A program made the translations under genes and the position numbers. Shown in pieces: positions 33,569 to 42,714 of a stretch of 58,840 nucleotides of DNA. Under the pieces are notes generated by a model. It worked only from the letters and a program-made list of their open reading frames with translations, did not search any database and was not told where the DNA came from. Origin of the DNA: Planctomycetes bacterium UBA1662 (GTDB lineage: Bacteria; Planctomycetota; UBA8108); NCBI GenBank assembly GCA_002320775.1, contig DCKY01000283.1:1-58840 (forward strand). Direction: 5' to 3'. Position 1 is the stretch's first letter. Each line of letters opens with the position of its first letter.

Positions 33569-35779
33569 TCAGCCATTTTGCGGCTCTGGAGGGGTATAGA
33601 AGCCCTCATCGCGGTCGGCTAATTCCTGTAACCGTTCACAGGGGGCCAACCTGGATTCGCCAAATCCCTTCAAGGTCTCGACAATCGCACCGATTCCAAC
33701 GCTATCGGCGTAACGGAGCGGACCTCCACGGAAAGGAGCAAACCCGGTCCCGAAGACCATCGCGAGATCCACATCGGAAGCCGATGCGACAACCCCGTCC
33801 TCGAGAGCCATAGCCGCCTCGTTGATCATGGGATAGATCAACCGTTTGACCCAGAGTCCGGTGTAGGGCGTCCTGTAGCTTCCCTGCCCCCTGCCGATCT
33901 TCGCCAGAAGGGTTGTGTTAAGCTTCGGTTTCCGCCGACGCCCCTTCCCTCCGTGGATGTAAAAACCCCGGCCAGTTTTCCTGCCCAGAACAGTCGGGTC
34001 ACTCCCCAGGCCGGAGAGAGCCTCCGGTGGACGCGCCCTCTCCCCGAACCCCTTGTGAAGAATACTGGAAACCTTCGAGGCCACATCGTGACCGACCTCA
34101 TCCATCAGCTCGAGCGGCCCCATCGGCATACCAAAACTCCGGATCTCCCGGTCCATCGTCCCGGGCGAATAGCCCTCCGCCAGCAATCGAACAGCCTCGT
34201 TGAGGTAGGTTCCCAGCACCCTGTTCACCAGGAAGCCGGGAGTGTCCTCGCAGCGTACCGGGATCTTCCCGAGACTGCGGGCGAAGGTCTCGACCGCAAC
34301 CAGGGCAGCTTCTGTGGTCCGGGAACCTCGAATGACCTCGACCAGGGGCATGCGTTCAACAGGATTGAAAAAATGAAGCCCAACGATACGCCCGGGACGT
34401 TTCGCCGCGTTCTGAAGTTCGCTAACGGACAGGGCTGAGGTATTCGACGCGAAAACGACATGCGCTCCCAGTCCGGCCTCCGCCTCGCGGAGAACCTTCT
34501 TCTTGATCTCCAGATCCTCTACAACAGCCTCGATGACGATCCCGGCCGAACTGAAGCCGGCGTAGTCAGTGGAACTGCTCACCTTTGCCATGAAGTTGAT
34601 AACCTCGCTCTTCTTCATGCGCCTGCGTGCGACCCGCCCCTGGAGGATCTCCGCGATACGCCGGTAGCCCGAGGAGACGGCCTCCCGGCTGATATCCTTC
34701 AGCCGGGCCCGGTACCCCTTCAGCGCGACCAGGGCAGCGAGGCCGCCACCCATGACACCTGCCCCCAGGAGACCGACCATCGAGCCCTTGCCAGGAGCGC
34801 GGGCTGCGCCCCTGCCTGTCTTCCCGCCGCCTCCTCCTCGCCGGGCGGCCTCGCTGGTAAGAAATATATCGATCAGGTTTTTGCAGGTCGAGGACACCGC
34901 GAGCGCCCCTACCAGCTTAGCCTCGAGCTCCAGGCCATCCTTCATTGACATCCCATAACCATCGATCATCGAATCGAGAGCTCTTCGGGGCGCGGGATAA
35001 TGCCCGCCCGTCTTACGCTGGATGTCCTTCAGAGCGCGTGAACGAATATAGCTTCTTCCGAGGCCGCTCCCTTCGAGAAGCCGCATGAACAGTGATCTTC
35101 GGACGGAACCCGGACGGTAACGTTTCCCCTTTGCGGCAAGAGCCCGGACTGCGAGCTCACGGCTCGACTCCCTCAGGCTCGCGGGATGGACCGCCTGGTC
35201 TATCACTCCGAGCTTCAACGCCTTGCGAACATCGAGAGGTTTACCAGTGAGAATCACAGGCAGGGCGCGGGCGAGTCCGATCAATCGGGGCAGACGCTGA
35301 GTCCCGCCGAAGCCGGGCAGGATACCAAGCTGTACCTCCGGCAGGCCGATCCGGGTCTTCTCAAAGTCGCTGGCGATGCGGAGGTCGCAGGCCAGCGCCA
35401 GCTCGGCGCCGCCGCCAAGGCAGTTTCCGTGGATCGCGGCGATGGTCACCGCCTTCATCGAGGCCAACTTACCGAGAACCGACTGCCCCCTGCGGGCCTG
35501 GGCGCGAGCCTCCTGTTCGTCTGTAACCTCGCGAATTTCGGCAATATCGGCTCCGGCGATGAAGGTGCCGCTCTCCTCCTTGCCGCCGCAGACCACCAGC
35601 GCCCGGACACTTTCAGTCCCGGCGACCTCATCGAGAACCCGATCGAGGTCATCGATGACCGCCCCGCTGAGCTTGTTAACCTTCTCTCCGGGAAGATCAA
35701 ATACGAGAAAGGCGATTCCTTCTTCCGCTGGTTCGAGCTTCCAGGCACCTGTGCTGACTTTCTTTTCCGTCCCGGTCAT
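33569..35779 (-). CDS. Fatty-acid oxidation multifunctional protein (enoyl-CoA hydratase / 3-hydroxyacyl-CoA dehydrogenase, FadB/FadJ-like)
   Basis: The N-terminal crotonase fold reads FIAGADI...GGGAELALACD. The central Rossmann motif is VGLLGAGVMGGGLA. The 3HCDH C-terminal domains include GFLVNRVL. Confidence 0.9.
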   Translation of the reverse strand: MTGTEKKVSTGAWKLEPAEEGIAFLVFDLPGEKVNKLSGAVIDDLDRVLDEVAGTESVRALVVCGGKEESGTFIAGADIAEIREVTDEQEARAQARRGQSVLGKLASMKAVTIAAIHGNCLGGGAELALACDLRIASDFEKTRIGLPEVQLGILPGFGGTQRLPRLIGLARALPVILTGKPLDVRKALKLGVIDQAVHPASLRESSRELAVRALAAKGKRYRPGSVRRSLFMRLLEGSGLGRSYIRSRALKDIQRKTGGHYPAPRRALDSMIDGYGMSMKDGLELEAKLVGALAVSSTCKNLIDIFLTSEAARRGGGGGKTGRGAARAPGKGSMVGLLGAGVMGGGLAALVALKGYRARLKDISREAVSSGYRRIAEILQGRVARRRMKKSEVINFMAKVSSSTDYAGFSSAGIVIEAVVEDLEIKKKVLREAEAGLGAHVVFASNTSALSVSELQNAAKRPGRIVGLHFFNPVERMPLVEVIRGSRTTEAALVAVETFARSLGKIPVRCEDTPGFLVNRVLGTYLNEAVRLLAEGYSPGTMDREIRSFGMPMGPLELMDEVGHDVASKVSSILHKGFGERARPPEALSGLGSDPTVLGRKTGRGFYIHGGKGRRRKPKLNTTLLAKIGRGQGSYRTPYTGLWVKRLIYPMINEAAMALEDGVVASASDVDLAMVFGTGFAPFRGGPLRYADSVGIGAIVETLKGFGESRLAPCERLQELADRDEGFYTPPEPQNG

Positions 35780-37095
35780 TCCATCGCCTCCACCACCATG
35801 GCTCCGCCCTGGCCTCCGCCAACGCAGAGTGTGGCCAGGCCGCGCTCGAGTCCACGCCGCCGAAGGTCGTTGAGCAGGGCGAGAACGATCCGGGCTCCGC
35901 TGGCGCCAACCGGGTGCCCAAGCGCTATAGCTCCCCCGTTCACATTGAGCTTGTCGGAAGAGAGCTCTCCGATGGGAACTGACAGACCGAGCTCACTGGC
36001 AGCGAAATCGGACGAGTCGAATGCCGCGCAATTGGCAAGCACCTGCGCGGCAAAGGCCTCGTTCAATTCAACCCGATCCATGTCCCGCAGCGAAGAGCCT
36101 GCTCGTTCCAGGGCCAGGGGAACGCTGAAAGCCGGACCCAGGCCCATCCGGGAAGGTGAACAACCCCGATAGGCGTAGGAGATGATGCGGCCAAGGGGCT
36201 TCAGCCCAAGCTCAGCCGCCTTTTCCTCGCTGGCAAGCAGGAGAGCGACGCCGCCATCGGTAATCGGACAGGCGTTGCCAACCGTCACCGTCCCAAGCGT
36301 CCTGTCAAAATAGGGCCGCAACTTCGCGAGCGCCTCGATCGACTGGCCCTTTCGCGGACCGACATCCTCGGCGACCGCCTCGTACCGGGGGCCGGCGTAC
36401 ACGGGAACGATCTCGTCTGCAAGAATCCCGGCCGCCCGGGCAATACACGCCCTCTGGTGACTCTGCAGGGCGAACTCGTCCTGCTCCTGCCTGGAAATGG
36501 CAAATTCCCGGGCAAGGTTCTCCGCCGTCTCTCCCATATTCAGACCGCAGAAGGGATCCGTGAGCCCCTCCTCGATACCGATCACCGGCTTGAAATCTCC
36601 CATCCTGAAACTTGCGAGAGCGGCAAGCCTGCCAAGAACAGAGCGCGCGCGGGCCATCCGTACGAACTTGCCACGGGTCGCTTCCTGGTAGAGAAAAGGT
36701 ATTCCTGACATGGATTCAACCCCGCCGGCGGCGACAAGGTCGCAATAACCGAAACGAATCCGGTCAAACGCGGTGGTGATGGCCTCCATCCCGGACGCGC
36801 AGTTCCGATGGACGGTTGAGGCCGGCGTGGAGATCGGAACTCCCGCTCTCAGGGCGATCACCCGGGCAATGTTCGCCGAATCCGCGGGCTGGGCTACATT
36901 GCCGAAGATCACCTCGTCCACCTCCGAGGCCGGAACGCCCTGACGCACCAGGATCTCATCAAGGGGTATCCTGCCGAGCTCGCTTGCGTGAACGCCGGCC
37001 AGGGGACCTCCCGCCTTGGCAAAGGGAGTCCTCAGACCATCGACAACGACCACCGAGCAGATCCCATCGCCGGATTTTTTCCTGCCTGCGGCCAT
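35776..37095 (-). CDS. Acetyl-CoA C-acyltransferase (thiolase, FadA/FadI-like)
   Basis: Shows the thiolase signatures VHRNCASGMEAI, GGVESMS, NVNGGAIALGHPVGASGARI and CVGGGQGGAMVVE. It overlaps the fadB-like gene by 4 nt. Confidence 0.9.
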   Translation of the reverse strand: MAAGRKKSGDGICSVVVVDGLRTPFAKAGGPLAGVHASELGRIPLDEILVRQGVPASEVDEVIFGNVAQPADSANIARVIALRAGVPISTPASTVHRNCASGMEAITTAFDRIRFGYCDLVAAGGVESMSGIPFLYQEATRGKFVRMARARSVLGRLAALASFRMGDFKPVIGIEEGLTDPFCGLNMGETAENLAREFAISRQEQDEFALQSHQRACIARAAGILADEIVPVYAGPRYEAVAEDVGPRKGQSIEALAKLRPYFDRTLGTVTVGNACPITDGGVALLLASEEKAAELGLKPLGRIISYAYRGCSPSRMGLGPAFSVPLALERAGSSLRDMDRVELNEAFAAQVLANCAAFDSSDFAASELGLSVPIGELSSDKLNVNGGAIALGHPVGASGARIVLALLNDLRRRGLERGLATLCVGGGQGGAMVVEAME

Positions 37096-37273
37096 GATAC
37101 CGCTCCCGCGCAGAGGTCTCGAACAAGGCTTTCACCAGAGATCATCCACAGGATGATCCCACCGGCTGAATGGTACCGTTGCAGGACCCGGTCGGAAAGC
37201 CCCGAGCGAACGAATTTCAGTAAATGACGAGTAAGGACCGTGGAGCCGGCCTGGGTTGAACCCAGCAGGCCGC

Positions 37274-38656
37274 CTATTCGATCGCCACGTAGCGGCCGCC
37301 GTGTTCACTGGACAGCTGCTTGAGAAACTCCTCCTTGGCACCCCGGAAGCCGAGTGTAAAGATCCGCACATCCCGAAGAAAATTGAGCTCCTTCATCCGC
37401 TTGTGGATCTCCTCGACAATCTGAGCGGAATCCTCGGGATCTGCCCTTCCTGACGATCCGACATGGGTCGGCGCGCCATCCGTCACCAGGTAGATTGTAT
37501 CCAGCGAGAGATCGCTGAAGGCCTCCTCGAGGGCGAGATCGGTCACGGTGACTCCCTCCGCGCGAAGCTCCTCGACGTACTTCCCGGCCTCCGTCTTATT
37601 CCCCTTGCTGGACTTGACCATCGCCTCCTGCCAGGGATCGACATCGCTCGAATAGGTGACGAGATTAAACCTGACGTCGCTGGGCAGCGCCTTGACGACA
37701 CGAATGAGCTCCTTCTTGGCCCGGGTGATACGCCGACGCTCCTCGGGGGGCTTCGGAGGCCCCTTCTTGGCGCCATCCCCAACGACAGTGCGCCTGCGAT
37801 TGGCCTCAGTAGAACCACGGGGAGCGGGGTCCGTCGACAGCATGCTGCCGGACACATCGAGAATAAAGCAGATGTTCTTGCCGGTGACCGCGGCGCCAAA
37901 AAGGGTCAGGGCTGTCCTGGCCGAGGCCTTCTTGTGGGGCTCGAAGAAATCGGGGCGGCCCTTCCTGGCTGCGACATAGTTCTTCCAGTCAATCGCCGCG
38001 GGCAGATCAACATGAAGCATCTGCTGGAGAGATGCCTGGAAGGTGAGAAGCGTCCGCTCCCACTCGGCTGCCTCACCACTGGGCCTCTTGGTCTCGATAC
38101 CCACATAGCGTTCCACCATCTTTTCGACAACAGGCACCTTCTTTGAACGCCGCAGATAGTGCAGCGCTCGCCTGACAATCTGCGGAGCCTTGTCGGAGAG
38201 CGCCTCGATGCAGGCGGCCTCGAGATCAAGGTCAGACTTGAAGCAGGCCGCATCGAGAATCAACAGCCGGCCGCGCCAGTCTCCCCGCTTATTTTTGCGA
38301 AGCTTCTCAATCTCCACGGTTACGTACTTCCCCTTGGCATCCTTGAAGGCATTGGCCGCCTTGGAATGGAGATAGTAGTACTCGCCGGAGGTCTCTACCT
38401 CGGAACCAAGGATCTTGGCCATGCTGACATAGGCCTCCACCGCGGTCTTGATCGCCCGGCGCTCGCCCGTATCGAGAACAGCGACAAAGCTCTCCAGGAA
38501 GAGCTCGGGATCTTCCCGTCCGACCGCCTTCTTGAGATCGAGGGCGGCTCTCTTCAGTTCCTTGCTCTGCGCCGGCAGCTGGAAGACCGCGACGGGATAG
38601 AGAATCGCAAAGACCAGGAGCGCTTTAAATAAACAACGTTTTAGACCATTCAACAT
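37274..38656 (-). CDS. Secreted protein with N-terminal helical (HEAT-like) region and C-terminal von Willebrand factor A domain
   Basis: Has a signal peptide (LFKALLVFAILYPVAVFQLPAQS). The VWA MIDAS motif is ICFILDVSGSMLS, followed by FNLVTYSSDV and IYLVTDGAPT. Confidence 0.75.
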   Translation of the reverse strand: MLNGLKRCLFKALLVFAILYPVAVFQLPAQSKELKRAALDLKKAVGREDPELFLESFVAVLDTGERRAIKTAVEAYVSMAKILGSEVETSGEYYYLHSKAANAFKDAKGKYVTVEIEKLRKNKRGDWRGRLLILDAACFKSDLDLEAACIEALSDKAPQIVRRALHYLRRSKKVPVVEKMVERYVGIETKRPSGEAAEWERTLLTFQASLQQMLHVDLPAAIDWKNYVAARKGRPDFFEPHKKASARTALTLFGAAVTGKNICFILDVSGSMLSTDPAPRGSTEANRRRTVVGDGAKKGPPKPPEERRRITRAKKELIRVVKALPSDVRFNLVTYSSDVDPWQEAMVKSSKGNKTEAGKYVEELRAEGVTVTDLALEEAFSDLSLDTIYLVTDGAPTHVGSSGRADPEDSAQIVEEIHKRMKELNFLRDVRIFTLGFRGAKEEFLKQLSSEHGGRYVAIE

Positions 38657-38742
38657 GAGTCTTATTGTTCACCCACACAGTCGCTGATGAGAACTTTTTT
38701 CCGGGCAGAGACATAAAATACCCGGTCTCCAGGGAAATCGCC

Positions 38743-39234
38743 CTACCAGCGGGAAGCGCTGGAACCGTTTCGTTCGGGCGGATCGCTTTCCAACCCGCCA
38801 AGCTTCTGCGCAAGGCTCTCAATCCTCTCAAGAGCGGCAGACTTCTGTCCCCTCAGGCGCTCAACTGCCTGCTGGGCATCTTCCCACCCCGCCTCGACAA
38901 TCGGCTCGGCCAACTGGCCCAGCGTCTCGATAGCATCACGGAACGAATCGGCAAGCGGAGCCAGCAGGAAGACCGGCCTGAGAAAGTTGTATCTGGCATT
39001 GTCCATGTCCCAGCCAACCAGGGGAAAGACGGCCGCATGATCACCGAGCAGCTCACTCAGATCGGTAATATTCGAGGAACTGTCCAGGTAGAGCTCCTCG
39101 AAGAGCGCAACCGCTTCGGCATCTCCAGCACGTGAGGGACGCAGCTCAGCGACCTCCTGGATGTAGCGCACGAAGTTGCTGCTCTCCAGGTCGAGAATGT
39201 TCGACAGGCTTTCAATCGAGGCTTGGGAAATCAT
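38743..39234 (-). CDS. Hypothetical acidic helical protein appended to the 3' end of the nuo operon
   Basis: This 163-aa ORF starts 2 nt after the nuoN stop. It has no Cys, no TM segment and no recognisable family. Coding status is supported mainly by position and length. Confidence 0.5.
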   Translation of the reverse strand: MISQASIESLSNILDLESSNFVRYIQEVAELRPSRAGDAEAVALFEELYLDSSSNITDLSELLGDHAAVFPLVGWDMDNARYNFLRPVFLLAPLADSFRDAIETLGQLAEPIVEAGWEDAQQAVERLRGQKSAALERIESLAQKLGGLESDPPERNGSSASRW

Positions 39235-39236
39235 CT

Positions 39237-40832
39237 TCAGTGAAAAACCATATCCTGGGTGTTTTGAAGAACCCCGTCCGCTCCGAAGAACAGGTAAAAG
39301 GTCAGGGCGGCCAGCCCCGCGACAAGAACCTTGCCCAGGGTTGAAACGGCGAGCGATTCCTTCTGCTCACTGTCAACCAGGTACATCTCCTTGGCCACAT
39401 TGAGATAGTAATAGGCCGATATCCCGGTATTTACAGCGGCAGAGAAGACAAGGACGTAATACCAGGTGGAGAGGCCGGCACCGTGCGCGTTGTTTTGCGC
39501 CGCATCGATAACTCCAAGGAAGAGGTACCACTTGCCGGCGAAACCCGCCGTGGGCGGCACGCCGATCAGGCTGAAGAGGAACACCACCATACAGGCGCAG
39601 AGTAGAGGCGCCCGGCGGCCCATACCCTGGTAGTCGGCCAGGTCGACAGAGCCGAGACGGTTCTCAATAAGAATCACGACCGCGAAGGCTCCGAAGTTCA
39701 TCGCCAGGTAGGTCAGCAGGTAGAAACCCAGCGCCTGGGCGCCGGTGACTCCCGTCGAGTGCAGGATGACGAAGGCCATCATCATGTACCCGGCATGGGC
39801 GATGGAAGAATACGCCAGCATTCTCTTGAGGTTGGTCTGCCAGAGAGCCGAGAGATTACCGAAGGTCATCGTAACGATCGAGAGAATGATCATCATCTCA
39901 ATCCAGGGAATCGTCTCCCAGGCCGGGGCGAGATTCTCCACGGGAAGAGCCGCAAGAAAACGCAGGGTCAGGGCGAATCCGGCCGCCTTGGAAATCACCG
40001 AGAGGAAAGCCGTAACCGGCGTGGGAGCGCCATCGTAAACATCCGGAGCCCAGAAGTGCATGGGCAGGGTCGACATCTTGTAGGCGACTCCCATAAAGAC
40101 CATCACGAGGGCGACCAGGGTGGTCAGGGCAGCGCGCGTCTTCAGCGTCCAGTCCGACCAGACCGCGTGATCACTGCTGAAGGTGACGTTGGCCAGGTCC
40201 GCAAGCTGGGCGCTGCCTGTCAATCCATAGAAGAGCGAGAGGCCATAGGCCATAATCGCCGCGGCGACACTGCCGTAGATGACGTATTTGAGAGCGGCCT
40301 CCGCCCCTCGTCGGTCACGCCTTATGTAGCCCACGAGAATGTAGCTCGCGATACTCAGAAGCTCGAGCGCCATGAAGAGCATGAGAAAATGCGTGGCGCT
40401 GGCCATGAGAATGGCTCCAAGTATGGCGGCAAGGAGAACTCCGTAATACTCTCCCATCCTTCGGCCGTCGAATTGCTCCGACACATAGCTCAGCAGAATC
40501 ACGGGAATCGCGCCAAAGAGGAAGAACTGCTTGAAGAAGGCCGCGAAGGAATCGTTTGCCAGCATGTGAAGGAAGAGGCCTTCCTCTGAGTGCCCCCCAT
40601 GCCCACCGGAAAAGGAAGCGGCAAGGCAGCCCAGCAAGGCGAACCATGCAAGATGCTTCGAGACCCGAAGCGGAAGGACCAGATCGAGCAGCAGGGTCCC
40701 CAGCACGAAGGCCACCAGCACGAGCTCCGAGGTGAAGGCCGAAACGCTATAGAGAATGTGCTCGAACATCACGCCAAATTCCTTGGCGTTGAAGTTCTCC
40801 GCTGCGCTGGCTAATAAGCCTGAATCAAACAT
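39237..40832 (-). CDS. nuoN: NADH-quinone oxidoreductase subunit N (operon 1)
   Basis: Polytopic antiporter-like subunit with KMSTLPMHFWAPDVYDGAPTPVTAFLSVISKAAGF and MLAYSSIAHAGYMM. Confidence 0.9.
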   Translation of the reverse strand: MFDSGLLASAAENFNAKEFGVMFEHILYSVSAFTSELVLVAFVLGTLLLDLVLPLRVSKHLAWFALLGCLAASFSGGHGGHSEEGLFLHMLANDSFAAFFKQFFLFGAIPVILLSYVSEQFDGRRMGEYYGVLLAAILGAILMASATHFLMLFMALELLSIASYILVGYIRRDRRGAEAALKYVIYGSVAAAIMAYGLSLFYGLTGSAQLADLANVTFSSDHAVWSDWTLKTRAALTTLVALVMVFMGVAYKMSTLPMHFWAPDVYDGAPTPVTAFLSVISKAAGFALTLRFLAALPVENLAPAWETIPWIEMMIILSIVTMTFGNLSALWQTNLKRMLAYSSIAHAGYMMMAFVILHSTGVTGAQALGFYLLTYLAMNFGAFAVVILIENRLGSVDLADYQGMGRRAPLLCACMVVFLFSLIGVPPTAGFAGKWYLFLGVIDAAQNNAHGAGLSTWYYVLVFSAAVNTGISAYYYLNVAKEMYLVDSEQKESLAVSTLGKVLVAGLAALTFYLFFGADGVLQNTQDMVFH

Positions 40833-40873
40833 CTACTGCAGGGCTCCGTATCCCTGGAAAACCAGGGTCTTAC

Positions 40874-42685
40874 CTAATTCCCGATAACGCTCCTGACCAC
40901 ATCCGTCATCGTGGTCAGCGTACCGTCCATGAAATCTATCAGGATCTTCGGCCAGACACCGAGGATCACACAGAGAGCGCCCAGCGGCGCAAGGGCGAAA
41001 ACTTCCCGGAACGAAAGGTCCGGGAACTTCTTGTACTCTTCGTTCTTGATCTGGCCCAGGAAGACCCGCTGGATGGTCCAGAGGATATAGCAGGCCGTCA
41101 GGATCACCCCCAGCAGGGAGACGACCACGATCCACCGCGAAGCGATCCCGTGTGTCCCCACCTCGGAAGCCACGAGGCTCACCTGCTCGTTACCACCCCA
41201 GGCTCCCAGGAAGCACATGGCCTCGCTGATAAACCCGTTCAGGCCGGGCAAGCCGAGAGATGCGAAAAAGCCGACCGTCGCCACACCGGTATACCAGGGC
41301 ATCTGGAGCCCCAGGCCGCCGAAGCGGGTGAGATCCCTGTGATGGGCCCTGTCATAGACCACGCCGACCAGCAGGAACATCATGGCGCTCGACACGCCGT
41401 GGTTGAACATCTGAAGCGCCGCGCCGTTGACCCCATAGTAGGTCAGGGCCGCGAGGCCGAGCAGCACGTAGCCCATGTGGCTGACGGAGGAATAGGCCAC
41501 CAGGCGCTTGAAGTCTTTCTGCGCCAGCGCGCAGAAGGCCCCATACACGATATTGATCATTCCAAGAATTGCCAGCAGGGCGATGAAGAAATTGCTCGCG
41601 GCGGCATCGGGGAGCATCGTGTAGCTGATTCTGAAGAGACCATAGCCTCCCATCTTCAGCAGGATTCCCGCCAGCATGACACTGACAGCGGTCGGAGCCT
41701 CAACGTGGGCATCCGGAAGCCAGGTGTGGAACGGGAATACGGGAACCTTGATGGCGAAACCGACAAAGAGTCCGAGGAAGAGCCACCACTGCAGGCCGTA
41801 TGAGAACCATTCACCCCCGGGTACGACCGTCATGAGCGAGAGGAGGTTGAAGGTGTTGGGCTCCGATGTGTAGTAGAGCACCAGCATACAGATCAACATC
41901 ACGACCGAGCCGACCAGTGTATAGATGAAGAACTTGATCGCGGCATAGAGCCTGTTCTTACCTCCCCAGATACCGATCAGGAAATACATCGGCAGCAGCA
42001 CAACCTCCCAGAAAACATAGAAGAGGAAGAAGTCGAGTGCGCAGAAAACCCCCAGCAACCCCGTCTCGAGCAAGAGGAAGAGAATATAGTATCCCTTCGT
42101 ACCCTTCTCGGTATTCCAGGAATACACGAGGCAGAGAAGCGACAGGAGCGCCGTGAGCCAGACGAGCGGCAGGCTGAGTCCATCGACAGCCAGGAAGTAG
42201 TTGACGTTGAAGAGCGAGATCCAGGGGGCCAGCTCTGTATAGCGCAGGTGTTTTGTCGCCGGCGCATGGAGGGCGTACTCAAGTTCGAGCGCTCTCTTCC
42301 AGGCTTTCTCCACCTCGTCCGCGGCGGTTTCACTGGAAGCAAACGCTCTGACCGCCTCCTTCGCCGCGGCGTACTGCTCAGGGTTAAAGCTCTTGGAAGC
42401 CGCCGGGGGATACGCGACCTTCCTGAACTCAGCGCCCTTGTGGTCTACCTTCAAATCAACCCCGCCCAGGATCGTCTCCTGGGCGTCCTTCAGCACCGTA
42501 GTGGCATCGGTACCCTCGATGTCACCAGCATCTTTGTGGTAATCGATGGCCAGGTTGACCGATACGATAAAGGTCAACAGCGCCCCGATCACGGAGACCG
42601 ATTTGATAAGCCCCTTCCAACCCGAGGGGATCAGGATCAGTATGGCCGCTGTAATCAGCGGAAGAAAAATACACCAAGTTAACAT
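40874..42685 (-). CDS. nuoM: NADH-quinone oxidoreductase subunit M (operon 1), with an insertion of about 110 aa after TM1
   Basis: Contains GFAIKVPVFPFHTWLPDAHVEAPTAVSVMLAGILLKMGGYG and LVAYSSVSHMGYVLLG. The hydrophilic segment at aa ~45-165 is not seen in the canonical NuoM I know. Confidence 0.9.
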   Translation of the reverse strand: MLTWCIFLPLITAAILILIPSGWKGLIKSVSVIGALLTFIVSVNLAIDYHKDAGDIEGTDATTVLKDAQETILGGVDLKVDHKGAEFRKVAYPPAASKSFNPEQYAAAKEAVRAFASSETAADEVEKAWKRALELEYALHAPATKHLRYTELAPWISLFNVNYFLAVDGLSLPLVWLTALLSLLCLVYSWNTEKGTKGYYILFLLLETGLLGVFCALDFFLFYVFWEVVLLPMYFLIGIWGGKNRLYAAIKFFIYTLVGSVVMLICMLVLYYTSEPNTFNLLSLMTVVPGGEWFSYGLQWWLFLGLFVGFAIKVPVFPFHTWLPDAHVEAPTAVSVMLAGILLKMGGYGLFRISYTMLPDAAASNFFIALLAILGMINIVYGAFCALAQKDFKRLVAYSSVSHMGYVLLGLAALTYYGVNGAALQMFNHGVSSAMMFLLVGVVYDRAHHRDLTRFGGLGLQMPWYTGVATVGFFASLGLPGLNGFISEAMCFLGAWGGNEQVSLVASEVGTHGIASRWIVVVSLLGVILTACYILWTIQRVFLGQIKNEEYKKFPDLSFREVFALAPLGALCVILGVWPKILIDFMDGTLTTMTDVVRSVIGN

Positions 42686-42714
42686 CGTACTCTGCTACCT
42701 GTGGGAGGAGCGGT

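Noticed and set aside
35186-36172. 328-aa plus-strand ORF
   Set aside because: It is antisense to the fadB-like/thiolase junction. It is Arg/Ala/Pro/Ser-rich, has no recognisable domain, and both overlapped genes are strongly supported.
37244-37268. CTGGGT-N3-ACCCAG hairpin just after the VWA gene stop
   Set aside because: The stem is only 6 bp and there is no U-tract on the minus strand, so it is not convincing as an intrinsic terminator.
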